Shown here: positions 39,950-49,036 of the stretch, piece after piece
Position numbering within the stretch: position 1 is the stretch's first letter
Layout of the letters: each line of letters starts with the position of its first letter
Assembly (NCBI GenBank): GCA_963665235.2
Contig: CAXXLX010000001.1
Coordinates: 3,520,001 to 3,584,000, forward strand
Direction of reading: 5' to 3'
Length of the DNA: 64,000 nucleotides
From: Candidatus Poribacteria bacterium
GTDB lineage: Bacteria; Poribacteria; WGA-4E; WGA-3G
Position numbers and translations under genes: made by a program
Notes under the pieces: model-generated
What the model saw: the letters and a program-made list of their open reading frames with translations, nothing else
Database searches by the model: none
What the model was told of the DNA's origin: nothing

Positions 39950-40534
39950 ATGCTCCGAAAGCCCTTCTCTGCTTTACTATTACTCTTATCTATCAGTATG
40001 CTATATCGGGTGACCCCGATTGCTGCACATGATGCTTTTTATCCACACCATCGTGAGGATTTTGAGAACATGGGCCGCCGTCGCGAATTGCGTGTCACTG
40101 TCCTTATCAGCACGGTTGTCTTTCTCGCTGTTCTTGGGGTGGTAGTCTACCTTGCCCTACGCAAAAGTAGAGATAACCGCGATATTGCCGATGCTGCTGC
40201 AAAAATGGTTCAAGAACGTTTGGAGCGGGCTACCTATAGTGCTGCGCGGGCGGTGCTGCAAAGTCTTGATGCAAACGGAAACATTGTCGAGGCTGCCACG
40301 GTGTGCTTTTCAACATACTCGGAGAGCTGCGGTGTGACGTGGCACCCGCGTCTTGATGACCCACATCGTGCGGAATCCGTTGTGTACCAGATTCGCTGCA
40401 AAATTGGGGCAGATGTTGTCACGCTCAGCATCACCCCGAAATCCGTTCAAATTCGCGCAGAACACGATTCCTCTAATTCGGAAAATGTTTGTGCGACCGT
40501 TGTGCTAAACAGAGCCGACAGCGAATCAGGTTAA
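39950..40534 (+). CDS. Hypothetical membrane protein
   Basis: Signal peptide plus one TM helix; upstream TTGACA/TATACT promoter-like sequence. Confidence 0.6.
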   Translation: MLRKPFSALLLLLSISMLYRVTPIAAHDAFYPHHREDFENMGRRRELRVTVLISTVVFLAVLGVVVYLALRKSRDNRDIADAAAKMVQERLERATYSAARAVLQSLDANGNIVEAATVCFSTYSESCGVTWHPRLDDPHRAESVVYQIRCKIGADVVTLSITPKSVQIRAEHDSSNSENVCATVVLNRADSESG

Positions 40535-41280
40535 GGGGCAAGTCGGTTAATGAGTGCGGCACTATACCCCGCCCCGAAACCGTTATCGATGTTCACCACG
40601 GTGACCCCGGACGCACAACTATTTAGCATGCCGAGCAGGGCAGCAAGCCCTCCGAAACTTGCCCCGTAACCGATACTTGTGGGGACCGCAATAACAGGAC
40701 AGTTCACTAATCCTCCGACAACACTCGGGAGGGCCCCCTCCATGCCAGCCACGACAATGATAACCCGCGCGTTTAGGAGTGTTTCGTGATTGCTTAGGAG
40801 GCGATGTATGCCTGCAACGCCGACATCGTAAAGACGTTCAGGCGGGTTGCCCATCATTCGGGCAGTTTCGACGGCTTCCTCAGCCACGGGCATGTCGGAG
40901 GTGCCAGCAGAAACGACTAAGACCCCGGGCTTCCCCTCGTTCGGGGATTGCACGACGGTGATTGTTCTGCCGAGTTCGTTATAACGTGCCTCTGGGTGCA
41001 GTGCTTTTACCGCTTCGTACATAGTGGGGGTTGCACGCGTTGCAAGCAACGGATGCCCGGCTTCCAGAATGCGTTGACTAATCTGTGCCACTTGCGTATC
41101 GGTTTTTCCTTCACAGAAAATGACCTCTGGGAAACCGGTCCGGAGTTGGCGGTGGTGGTCTATTTTAGAGAAGCCGAGGTCTTCAAACGGAAGGGTGCGG
41201 AGAGATTGCAGGGCATCACTGACCTGAACCTCTCCACGTTTGACCTGTTCAAGGAGGGTTTTTAGTTTTTCAACTTCCAT
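40531..41280 (-). CDS. larB: Nickel pincer cofactor biosynthesis protein LarB
   Basis: [36 protein letters not shown] and [10 protein letters not shown] motifs. Confidence 0.93.
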   Translation of the reverse strand: MEVEKLKTLLEQVKRGEVQVSDALQSLRTLPFEDLGFSKIDHHRQLRTGFPEVIFCEGKTDTQVAQISQRILEAGHPLLATRATPTMYEAVKALHPEARYNELGRTITVVQSPNEGKPGVLVVSAGTSDMPVAEEAVETARMMGNPPERLYDVGVAGIHRLLSNHETLLNARVIIVVAGMEGALPSVVGGLVNCPVIAVPTSIGYGASFGGLAALLGMLNSCASGVTVVNIDNGFGAGYSAALINRLAP

Positions 41281-41292
41281 ACGTTTTGAGGT

Positions 41293-41715
41293 CTACGCCT
41301 CCTCAGCCGCCTCCTCGGGTGCTTCTTCGGCAGCGTCCTGATTGCCGCTGACTCCTGGGATATTCTCGGTGATTTTGGTTCGGACATCCGAGAAGGCTTT
41401 TTTGCCAGTTTCAACGGCGGTTTTTGCCTGGTTCGTCGCATCTTTGACCCGCTCTTTGCCAACTTCAACGAATTCGTGGACGCTTTCCTTACCGTGTTCT
41501 ACGAGATTCTGCACGCCCTCTTTTGCTGTAACAGTGGCTTGCTGTGCGAAGTCCAAGGTTTTATCCTTTGCCTCAATGGAGGTATCCCGAATCTTTTGCC
41601 GTGTTTCTCTGCCGGAGCTGGGTGCATAGAGCAAGCTGAGAACTGCCCCGGTCAAAAAGCCGGTGAAGAAGGCAAAAATTATTGCCCCGCCATTGTTTCG
41701 TCCATCATTACTCAT
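41293..41715 (-). CDS. YtxH-domain protein
   Basis: GFLTGAVLSLLYAPSSGRETR; AAGGA RBS before MSNDG. Confidence 0.85.
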   Translation of the reverse strand: MSNDGRNNGGAIIFAFFTGFLTGAVLSLLYAPSSGRETRQKIRDTSIEAKDKTLDFAQQATVTAKEGVQNLVEHGKESVHEFVEVGKERVKDATNQAKTAVETGKKAFSDVRTKITENIPGVSGNQDAAEEAPEEAAEEA

Positions 41716-41753
41716 CTGATTTTTTTCCTTTCTTAGCTGTGGGGTTTTTCGCA

Positions 41754-41990
41754 TTACCCCCGTTTGATTATCGGTAAACATTTCCGAATGAAATTGTTCA
41801 TCCGTTTCGTAGATAGATAGGTATGAGCTATCATCTCTCTTTTCAGTCGGTTGGATATCCGTCGAATCTGTTTTCGGGTTCGCTTGCCGGAACGCGGGGT
41901 AAACAGTAACGTAACGGTAGAACCGATTAGTCCGCCGATGGCAAAAAATGCGAACCATTTACCGTGGTCCCGTTTTGAGTTATTCATCAT
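41754..41990 (-). CDS. Small YtxH-like protein
   Basis: GGLIGSTVTLLFTPRSGKRTR. Confidence 0.7.
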   Translation of the reverse strand: MMNNSKRDHGKWFAFFAIGGLIGSTVTLLFTPRSGKRTRKQIRRISNRLKREMIAHTYLSTKRMNNFIRKCLPIIKRG

Positions 41991-42562
41991 GCTTCTCTCG
42001 CTTCTAATGTGTCGTCCTCAATAGGCGGCTGTGCCTCGCCGTTTGTTGGTGGAGCCGCCGTTTGGAAGCTCCCCCACCCCGCTTTCAATCCGTGCCACAA
42101 ACTGACTACATCCGCTAGCGATCTTGCAAGCTGATTGCGAAAGTACTCCGCTTGTTCAATCGTCTGCCCTGAAAAACCGGAGACTTTTTGCACGAGGGAT
42201 TCTAGCTCCTGTACACTTTGTGTAAGGGTTTCGGTTATCTCCTGGATGTTATGGACGGTCGGTTGAACCTCTGTCTCGCTAATCTGCTGAATTGAAGCGG
42301 TAACGCCGTTGAGATTCTGTAGCAGCTGCGGTAATTCCTTGTTAACCTCTTTGACGGTTTGACTGATATCGGTAATGAGTATGCCAATTTCTTGATTGAC
42401 AAGGTTTTCCGCTGAATTCAACGTGTTCTGTATGCTATTCAACGAATTTCGGAGGCTGCCTAAAGTTGCACATAGATAGCCAATCAGCGCGGTAAGTGCA
42501 AGTAATGCAATACCGAGGCTGCATTTCCAAAAAATTGAGATAATAAAATTCCACTCTGTCAT
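41987..42562 (-). CDS. DUF948-like membrane coiled-coil protein
   Basis: N-terminal TM helix followed by an amphipathic coiled coil; adjacent to YtxH genes. Confidence 0.65.
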   Translation of the reverse strand: MTEWNFIISIFWKCSLGIALLALTALIGYLCATLGSLRNSLNSIQNTLNSAENLVNQEIGILITDISQTVKEVNKELPQLLQNLNGVTASIQQISETEVQPTVHNIQEITETLTQSVQELESLVQKVSGFSGQTIEQAEYFRNQLARSLADVVSLWHGLKAGWGSFQTAAPPTNGEAQPPIEDDTLEAREA

Positions 42563-42599
42563 GTGTTTTTCTCTTTCTTAGTCGTGTGCGTTTTGATGT

Positions 42600-42833
42600 T
42601 TAATATGATTTCCGAATTCGGAAGGGTGCTCCAATTGCCTTCATCAACGCGAAATCTAAAAAGGCGGTTGCCTGCTCACGAGAAACAGAAGGGAATCCTT
42701 CAAGAAAGTAATCTAGGCTCTCTCCTGCTTTTAGATGATCGATCAACGCTTGTATTGGAACACGGGTGCCGGTAAACACTGGTACTCCTCCGTGAATGTC
42801 GGGGTCTTGGTTTATCACTTGCTCTAATTTCAT
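42600..42833 (-). CDS. DUF433 family protein (putative antitoxin)
   Basis: DPDIHGGVPVFTGTRVPI..FLEGFPSVSREQ. Confidence 0.85.
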   Translation of the reverse strand: MKLEQVINQDPDIHGGVPVFTGTRVPIQALIDHLKAGESLDYFLEGFPSVSREQATAFLDFALMKAIGAPFRIRKSY

Positions 42834-42993
42834 CGTTGCTTTGTTTACTAAACTTTGGACAATTTTAGAAGTTTCCATTTGCGTTATTTTCTATAAACAT
42901 ATCACCCCTACGGGGTTTAGTCTGGCCGGGGGGTGTTGTTTTCTATAAAGATATCGTCCCTACGGGACTAACTTCTGTAAACATATCGTCTGT

Positions 42994-45651
42994 TTAGCGT
43001 AGTTGCTCTTCGATAATTTGTGCGGTTGCAGCGAGTGCAGCGTCCAGCTTCGCCGGATTTCGGCTGCCGCCTTGTGCTAACTCCGGCCGACCGCCGCCGC
43101 GTCCATCGGCAAGTGCCGTTAGTGCCTTCATGAGTTGCCCCGCATGTAAACCGCGATTGCTAACAAGGTCTGAAGTTACGCCTATGACAAAGGCGACTTC
43201 GTCATTTATCACTGAGGCAAGTACGACAACGCCTGTTTCTAAACGGGCTTTAATCGCATCAACAAGCTGCCGTAAGCTGTCCCGTTCAGTCGCCTCTACC
43301 CGGGAGGCGACAAACTTCACCCCGTTTACAAACGTTGCCTTTTCAGCCAAGGTGCCGATGTTAGAGAGCGCGTGCTGACTTTTCAGCTGTTGCACCTGCT
43401 GTTCCAACTCGCGCTGTTCCTGAACCAGTCGCTCAATCCGTTCTTGCAAATCGGTTTTGGGCGTTTTCAGCAAATTAGCTATATTTCTTAGGTGTCCATC
43501 GTCATCCTGAATCGTTGTTACCGCTGTGCTACCCGTGAAGGCTTCCACACGCCGCACTCCGGCAGCAATACTGCTTTCGCTCATCAATTTAACATACCCG
43601 AGCTCACCCGTCGCTTGAACGTGGGTACCTCCACATAGCTCAACGCTATACTCTCCAGCTTGTACGACTCGGACGATGTCGCCATATTTGTCGCCGAAGA
43701 AAGCTAATGCGCCTTTTGCCTTCGCTTCGTCGAGCGACATTTCGTCGATGACAAGCGTATCATTTTCGCGAACCTTTTCGTTGATAAATTCCTCAATTTC
43801 ACGCAGCTGTTTAGATGAAACCGCTTCGTAGTGTGAAAAGTCGAACCGCAATCTCCCTGCCTGAACGAGTGACCCTGCTTGCCCGACGTGTGTTCCAAGC
43901 ACAGACCGCAAACCGCTATGGAGTAGATGGGTTGCAGTGTGGCTTACAGCGATGGCCTTCCTACGTTCGCTGTCAATTTGTGCCTTTACTTCGGTGTAGG
44001 GTGTAATTTCACCTTCAACGACTTTACACCTATGTACGACAAGCTCAGGAGAAGGTTTCACGGTGTCCAGCACTCTCAATGTTGCGTCAGAACGGACAAG
44101 CGTTCCGACATCACCGACCTGTCCCCCCGATTCTCCGTAGAACGGGGTGCGATTGAGCAACACGGTGACCTCCTCATCTTGTCTTGCTCTGGCAACCGAT
44201 TCTGTGCCTGCGATGAGTGCCACAATCTCCGCTTTTGTGCTATCGTGTGTGTATCCAACAAATTCGGTGCTGCCGCTCTCTTTGAGGACATCAGCATAAA
44301 CTGCAATTTCGGCATCCTTTGCCCCGCTGCCGGTTGATTCCCATGCTGCGCGGCTGCGTTTCCGCTGCTCCGCCATGCTCTCCTCAAAACCGGTTTCGTC
44401 GACAGTGAATCCGCGTTCGCGTGTCAGAAGTTGCGTTAAATCGAGCGGAAACCCGAACGTATCGTATAGTTCAAAGGCGCGTTTTCCATCAAGCGCGGTG
44501 CCACCCTCTGCAGCAATTGTGTCGAACGACTGTTCAAGCATATCCAATCCACGTGCTAACGTTCTATGGAAGCGGTCCTCCTCACTGTGAATAGTGCGGG
44601 TGATGAATTCGCGCCGGGGGTGCACATCGGAGAACACATCGCCGAGCAGTTCAATAACTTTATCGACGAGCCGGTAAATGAAGGGTTCGTTCATCTCCAA
44701 TTTTTTGCCGTAAAGCACAGCACGCCGCAATATCCGTCGGATGACGTAACCTCGCCCCTCATTAGAGGGCATTACGCCGTCCCCGATAGCGAACGTCAAA
44801 CACCGTATATGGTCTGCAATAACCCGGTGCGGAAGTCCACGCAAATCATCAAAATAGTCGGCATCGGTCATATCTGAAATTGTTTCCAGAAGCGGTGTAA
44901 ATAGGTCCGTTTTGTAGTTCGAATCGACTCCTTGCAATATAGCGGTAATTCGTTCGAACCCCATCCCTGTGTCCACGTGTGTAGCGGGGAGAGGTTCGAG
45001 TGCTCCTGTTTGGTCCCGATTGTATTGAATGAACACCAGATTCCAAAATTCAAGAAAACGGTCGCTTGTGTTAGGACCGGCGTTCGGGTCGTTTTCGGTT
45101 TCGGGGTAAGCGTCTACGCCCATGTCGATAAAAAGTTCGCTGCACGGTCCGCAGGGCCCCGTTTCTCCCATTTCCCAGAAGTTATCCTTATCACAGCGGC
45201 GAATTCGAGCGAGAGGGATGTCTGTTTCCTGTAGCCAGAGTTTTTCCGCCTCATCATCTTCAATGTAGACCGTTGCCCAGAGCAGTTCTTTGGGAATTTT
45301 CCACAGTTCGGTGACCAATTCCCATGCAAAGGCGATGGCTTCCTGTTTGTAATAATCGCCGAAGGACCAGTTTCCGAGCATCTCAAAGAAGGTGTGATGG
45401 CTTGGTGAATGTCCCACCTCTTCGAGGTCATTATGCTTGCCGCTGACGCGTAGACATTTCTGTGTATCAACAGCCCGCGTATACTCCCGCTGTCCAATGC
45501 CGAGGAAGACATCCTTGAATTGGTTCATCCCTGCGTTGGTGAACAGTAGCGTTTGGTCACCTGCGGGTATCAAAGATGCACTCGGAACGACGGCGTGTCC
45601 GTGGGTGCGGAAGTATTCTAGGAAACTGGTTCTGATTTCATCTGATGTCAT
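42994..45651 (-). CDS. alaS: Alanine--tRNA ligase
   Basis: LLFTNAGMNQFK, HHTFFEMLGNWSFGDY, HTATHLL and ELCGGTH motifs. Confidence 0.98.
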   Translation of the reverse strand: MTSDEIRTSFLEYFRTHGHAVVPSASLIPAGDQTLLFTNAGMNQFKDVFLGIGQREYTRAVDTQKCLRVSGKHNDLEEVGHSPSHHTFFEMLGNWSFGDYYKQEAIAFAWELVTELWKIPKELLWATVYIEDDEAEKLWLQETDIPLARIRRCDKDNFWEMGETGPCGPCSELFIDMGVDAYPETENDPNAGPNTSDRFLEFWNLVFIQYNRDQTGALEPLPATHVDTGMGFERITAILQGVDSNYKTDLFTPLLETISDMTDADYFDDLRGLPHRVIADHIRCLTFAIGDGVMPSNEGRGYVIRRILRRAVLYGKKLEMNEPFIYRLVDKVIELLGDVFSDVHPRREFITRTIHSEEDRFHRTLARGLDMLEQSFDTIAAEGGTALDGKRAFELYDTFGFPLDLTQLLTRERGFTVDETGFEESMAEQRKRSRAAWESTGSGAKDAEIAVYADVLKESGSTEFVGYTHDSTKAEIVALIAGTESVARARQDEEVTVLLNRTPFYGESGGQVGDVGTLVRSDATLRVLDTVKPSPELVVHRCKVVEGEITPYTEVKAQIDSERRKAIAVSHTATHLLHSGLRSVLGTHVGQAGSLVQAGRLRFDFSHYEAVSSKQLREIEEFINEKVRENDTLVIDEMSLDEAKAKGALAFFGDKYGDIVRVVQAGEYSVELCGGTHVQATGELGYVKLMSESSIAAGVRRVEAFTGSTAVTTIQDDDGHLRNIANLLKTPKTDLQERIERLVQEQRELEQQVQQLKSQHALSNIGTLAEKATFVNGVKFVASRVEATERDSLRQLVDAIKARLETGVVVLASVINDEVAFVIGVTSDLVSNRGLHAGQLMKALTALADGRGGGRPELAQGGSRNPAKLDAALAATAQIIEEQLR

Positions 45652-45683
45652 GTTTTAAATTCTCCGCTGTTTCTACTATTTAA

Positions 45684-45712
45684 ATTATAGTGTATTTTGG
45701 ATAAAATGTCAA
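45684..45712 (-). promoter_or_regulatory. Consensus sigma70 promoter of alaS
   Basis: TTGACA-N17-TATAAT on the minus strand. Confidence 0.8.
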
Positions 45713-45742
45713 GGCAAAAATTGGGAGGTTTACCCTGATGCC

Positions 45743-46411
45743 CTAAAAAATCTGTTCAAAGACCTGCTGAATAACTTCGGCTTCAAATCCGCGTCGTGCC
45801 AAAAATCCGTGTAATCGGCGTTTCGCGACATGAGCCGGTAGGTGTTGGTACTGCTTCATGCGTTTCTGTGCAATCTGAAGGGCAAGCCGCGTTTCGTCTT
45901 CAGGTTTCACTTGTGCTAAAACCTGCTCCACGGTTTGGCGGTCGACTCCCTTCTCGAGAAGTTCCCGTTTAAGTACAGTTTTTCCGCGTGGATTCGATTT
46001 TTGTCGGCGGACAATCCACTTCTCAGCATAATTTCGGTCGCGAATATGTCCTGAACGAATCAACTCTTCAACGACTGTACCGATTGCTTCTTCCGAAAAA
46101 CCTTCCTGTGCAAGCTGCCGCTCCATCTCACTTTTGGTATAACGTTTCGGTTTTACCTTGGAACGGGGTGGCACTGCATCGTCATCGCGTGCCTCACGGA
46201 GGAGTCTGAGCGCGTAGTTCTTCGCACGCATCATTGCCTCTACCGCAATTAGCTTTTCAATGACTTCTGGCTCAATCTCTAAACCGACGCGTAATCCAAA
46301 ATTTTCAATGAGGGCAGCATGAATTACAACAAACGGGGCACTATCCAGGAAAAGTTGACGATGTTCGGGCAATTCCGGAACTGCCTGAATATCCGTAATT
46401 TGCCGTTTCAT
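45743..46411 (-). CDS. recX: RecX family regulator
   Basis: RGKTVLKRELLEKGV..RRLHGFLARRGF. Confidence 0.85.
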   Translation of the reverse strand: MKRQITDIQAVPELPEHRQLFLDSAPFVVIHAALIENFGLRVGLEIEPEVIEKLIAVEAMMRAKNYALRLLREARDDDAVPPRSKVKPKRYTKSEMERQLAQEGFSEEAIGTVVEELIRSGHIRDRNYAEKWIVRRQKSNPRGKTVLKRELLEKGVDRQTVEQVLAQVKPEDETRLALQIAQKRMKQYQHLPAHVAKRRLHGFLARRGFEAEVIQQVFEQIF

Positions 46412-46538
46412 GCTTTCTAACCGCCCTTCAAAGAAAAATTAGAGTAGCAGTGGGCGCGAGGTTTAGCGGGAACCCGCATGCCAAAAACCTCGCGCTACAA
46501 TAGCGGAACGTATTCGCCGTAACGAACGGTTAGCGTAT

Positions 46539-47171
46539 CTATTCTCCTCCATTGCGGCCTGCCCAAAGAGCGCCACGTTGTAAAAGAGTCGCGAACATGT
46601 CGTGTTGGCACGCGGCTGGGTCATGCCCAAGGGCGAGATAGAAAACTTTGCCTTGTCCCCAGTTCTTGGTCCACGCGACCGGCATTGCGGAACCCTTCCA
46701 CAAAGCTGACGCTAACACATGGTTCCGTGGGTCGTAATCAAGGATGTACTGTTCATCTTTGACGACAAATTCATCGAGCCCCTGTGTGATTTCGTGTTCG
46801 TTGTCAACAATGCTGACCTGATAATCGCGATACCGGGGGTGCGTAACAAAATAGCCGCCTACCATGGAACGATACTCCGGACATCCGCGGAACGAATCGG
46901 CAGCGGAATGTATGCCGACATAGCCTTTTCCAGAAGCGATATGGTTTAGTAAACCGTTCTTCTGTGCATCCGAAATTTCACCGACCGTATAATAAAAAAC
47001 GATGAGTTCGTACGGGTCCAGGCTTGGCGATACCAATGCGTCTAGGTCATCCTCGACGGTGGTAATCTCAAAATCGTCCTGCTGTGAGAGTGCTTTGACA
47101 ATTTCTTCGCTACACCCTTTCCAGTTATGAATTGCGCCGCCTGCGAAAACAAGCGTATTAATTTTTGCCAT
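46539..47171 (-). CDS. ThuA-domain protein
   Basis: GYVGIHSA, DEQY and GKVFYLALGH motifs. Confidence 0.85.
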   Translation of the reverse strand: MAKINTLVFAGGAIHNWKGCSEEIVKALSQQDDFEITTVEDDLDALVSPSLDPYELIVFYYTVGEISDAQKNGLLNHIASGKGYVGIHSAADSFRGCPEYRSMVGGYFVTHPRYRDYQVSIVDNEHEITQGLDEFVVKDEQYILDYDPRNHVLASALWKGSAMPVAWTKNWGQGKVFYLALGHDPAACQHDMFATLLQRGALWAGRNGGE

Positions 47172-47330
47172 TTTTAGCCTCCTTGCTATATGATATTGCT
47201 ATTATATCATGTGGGCATTTAAAGTGCAAGCGCGTTTTTTTCTTGAAAGTCATTTGCATGATGGAGGACGTTGTGATAAAATAGGAATGTTAAACTAAAG
47301 AACTGTAGATTACACAGAAAAGGAGAACGG

Positions 47331-47846
47331 ATGTCCAAAAGAATTGCAATCTTCCCTGCAAGTTTCGACCCTGTTACCAATGGGCACGCTGATCTCATCG
47401 ACCGGATTTGCAACCTTGGTGTCTTCGATCAACTTGTCGTTGCAATCGGTGTGAACCCCGCCAAACCCGCGCGTTTTACCCCCGAAGAGCGTAGACAGAT
47501 GCTTGAAACGGTAATTGAACCGTATCCGCAAGCTGCTATTGATGGATATACCGGGTTGACGGTGCATTACGCACAAGCCCGTGGCGCATGTGCTATCGTC
47601 CGCGGGCTCCGTGAAATCTCCGATTTCGAGTGGGAATTCAAAATGGCACGGATGAACCAGCAAATTGCACCCGATATTGACACCCTCTTTATGATGGCGA
47701 ATACACAGTATGCACATATTAGTTCAACGCTTGTGATGGAGGTTGTGGAGATGGGACAGGGAAAAGTGAGTGAAGAAAAGTTATTGGAGATGGTCCCGCC
47801 GGTTGTGGTCGAATTTATCAAGCGAAAATTTGATGTTTTTGCGTAA
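47331..47846 (+). CDS. coaD: Phosphopantetheine adenylyltransferase
   Basis: SFDPVTNGH, VRGLR..DFEWE and ISST motifs. Confidence 0.95.
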   Translation: MSKRIAIFPASFDPVTNGHADLIDRICNLGVFDQLVVAIGVNPAKPARFTPEERRQMLETVIEPYPQAAIDGYTGLTVHYAQARGACAIVRGLREISDFEWEFKMARMNQQIAPDIDTLFMMANTQYAHISSTLVMEVVEMGQGKVSEEKLLEMVPPVVVEFIKRKFDVFA

Positions 47847-47847
47847 G

Positions 47848-47903
47848 CATTGATGCTAGAGGGGGTGAGGAAGACTTTTTAACCCCCTCCTCCAGCATCA
47901 ATG
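47848..47903. terminator. Stem-loop between convergent genes (possible bidirectional terminator)
   Basis: CATTGATGCT...AGCATCAATG inverted repeat with inner GAGGGGG/CCCCCTC. Confidence 0.5.
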
Positions 47904-47997
47904 ATGGGTATTGCGAAAATTAGGAATATCGCTCCCCCCTGACTAATAACGCGCACAACGACATGCGGGAGTGTGTCTACTCCCTTAAAATTACTTA

Positions 47998-48957
47998 TTA
48001 GTCATCGTCGTCCTCATCATCGTCGTCGTCCTCATCATCGTCGTCGTCCTCATCATCGTCGTCGTCCTCATCATCGTCGTCGTCCTCATCATCGTCGTCG
48101 TAATCATCATCGTCGTCGTCCTCATCATCGTCGTCGTAATCATCATGATCATCGTCGTAATCATCATCGTCGTCATCGTCATAACGAAGGTTTGGAAAAT
48201 CTGCTGGGTCTTGTTGATTAATCCAATCTCTGAAGAGTTGGATTTGTGCAGTAGTCAATGGTGGTCCGCCCGGCGGCATTCTCCCTGATACGATTTCTTC
48301 GATTATATCACTACTTCGAGCATTGCCCGGCCTGAATATAGCACCCTCATCTCCACCTTTTATGAAAGCTTGGTATGTCCTGAAATCAAGATTGTAGGGG
48401 CCATTGGCATCATGACAACCAGAATAAGCACACCTTGATGTGAGAATAGGTAAAAGGTGTTGGTTAAAGGAAACTGTAGATGGCGGTGTTTGCGGTGTTT
48501 GCGGGTTTTGTGTCGGTGGTGTTCCAGTCGTTGGTTGTTGATTATTAATCCAAACTGTAAACGCTTGAATTTCTGCGTCACTCAACTTAGGCCCACCAAT
48601 CGGCATTCTCCCTGATACAATTTCTTCAATAATATCACTACTTTGCGCATTGCCTGGAGTGAATACCGGTCCTCCATCTCCTCCCTTTATGAAAGCCTGA
48701 TATGTGCTGAAATCAAGGTTTTGCGGTCCGCCAGCGACGTGACACCCCGTATACGCGCACTTTGCTGTGAGAATAGGCAGAAGGTGTTGGTTAAATGAGG
48801 TTTCAGTTCCACCATTTTCCGTAGGTGAAGACTGCACATTTTCGGATGGGGTATTATTATTGGGTAGCAAAAGATTAACGTTCTGAGAATCGCATCCCAA
48901 CAAGCAAAATAGCAATCCGATGGTGAGTAGGAAAGACTTCTGTATGTTTACAATCAT
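47998..48957 (-). CDS. Di-heme c-type cytochrome lipoprotein (Planctomycete cytochrome C-like domains) with poly-Asp tail
   Basis: LLGC lipobox; two repeats of SFNQHLLPIL..CAY[TS]GCH...GRMP; ~60-aa D-rich C-terminus. Confidence 0.75.
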   Translation of the reverse strand: MIVNIQKSFLLTIGLLFCLLGCDSQNVNLLLPNNNTPSENVQSSPTENGGTETSFNQHLLPILTAKCAYTGCHVAGGPQNLDFSTYQAFIKGGDGGPVFTPGNAQSSDIIEEIVSGRMPIGGPKLSDAEIQAFTVWINNQQPTTGTPPTQNPQTPQTPPSTVSFNQHLLPILTSRCAYSGCHDANGPYNLDFRTYQAFIKGGDEGAIFRPGNARSSDIIEEIVSGRMPPGGPPLTTAQIQLFRDWINQQDPADFPNLRYDDDDDDDYDDDHDDYDDDDEDDDDDDYDDDDEDDDDDEDDDDDEDDDDDEDDDDDEDDDD

Positions 48958-49036
48958 GATAGATTACCTCTCTAAAGTTAATGTAAAGTATGCGTTGGGG
49001 ACACGATGGAAAACCGCGCCGGCATTGCATATATTG

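Noticed and set aside
41716-41958. N-terminal extension of the 221-aa YtxH ORF
   Set aside because: It overlaps a separate YtxH-like gene in another frame, and an RBS supports the start at 41715
47973-48221. His/Arg-rich ORF (HHRRRP)n and the Met/Thr-rich ORF
   Set aside because: Antisense and alternate-frame readings of the poly-Asp tail
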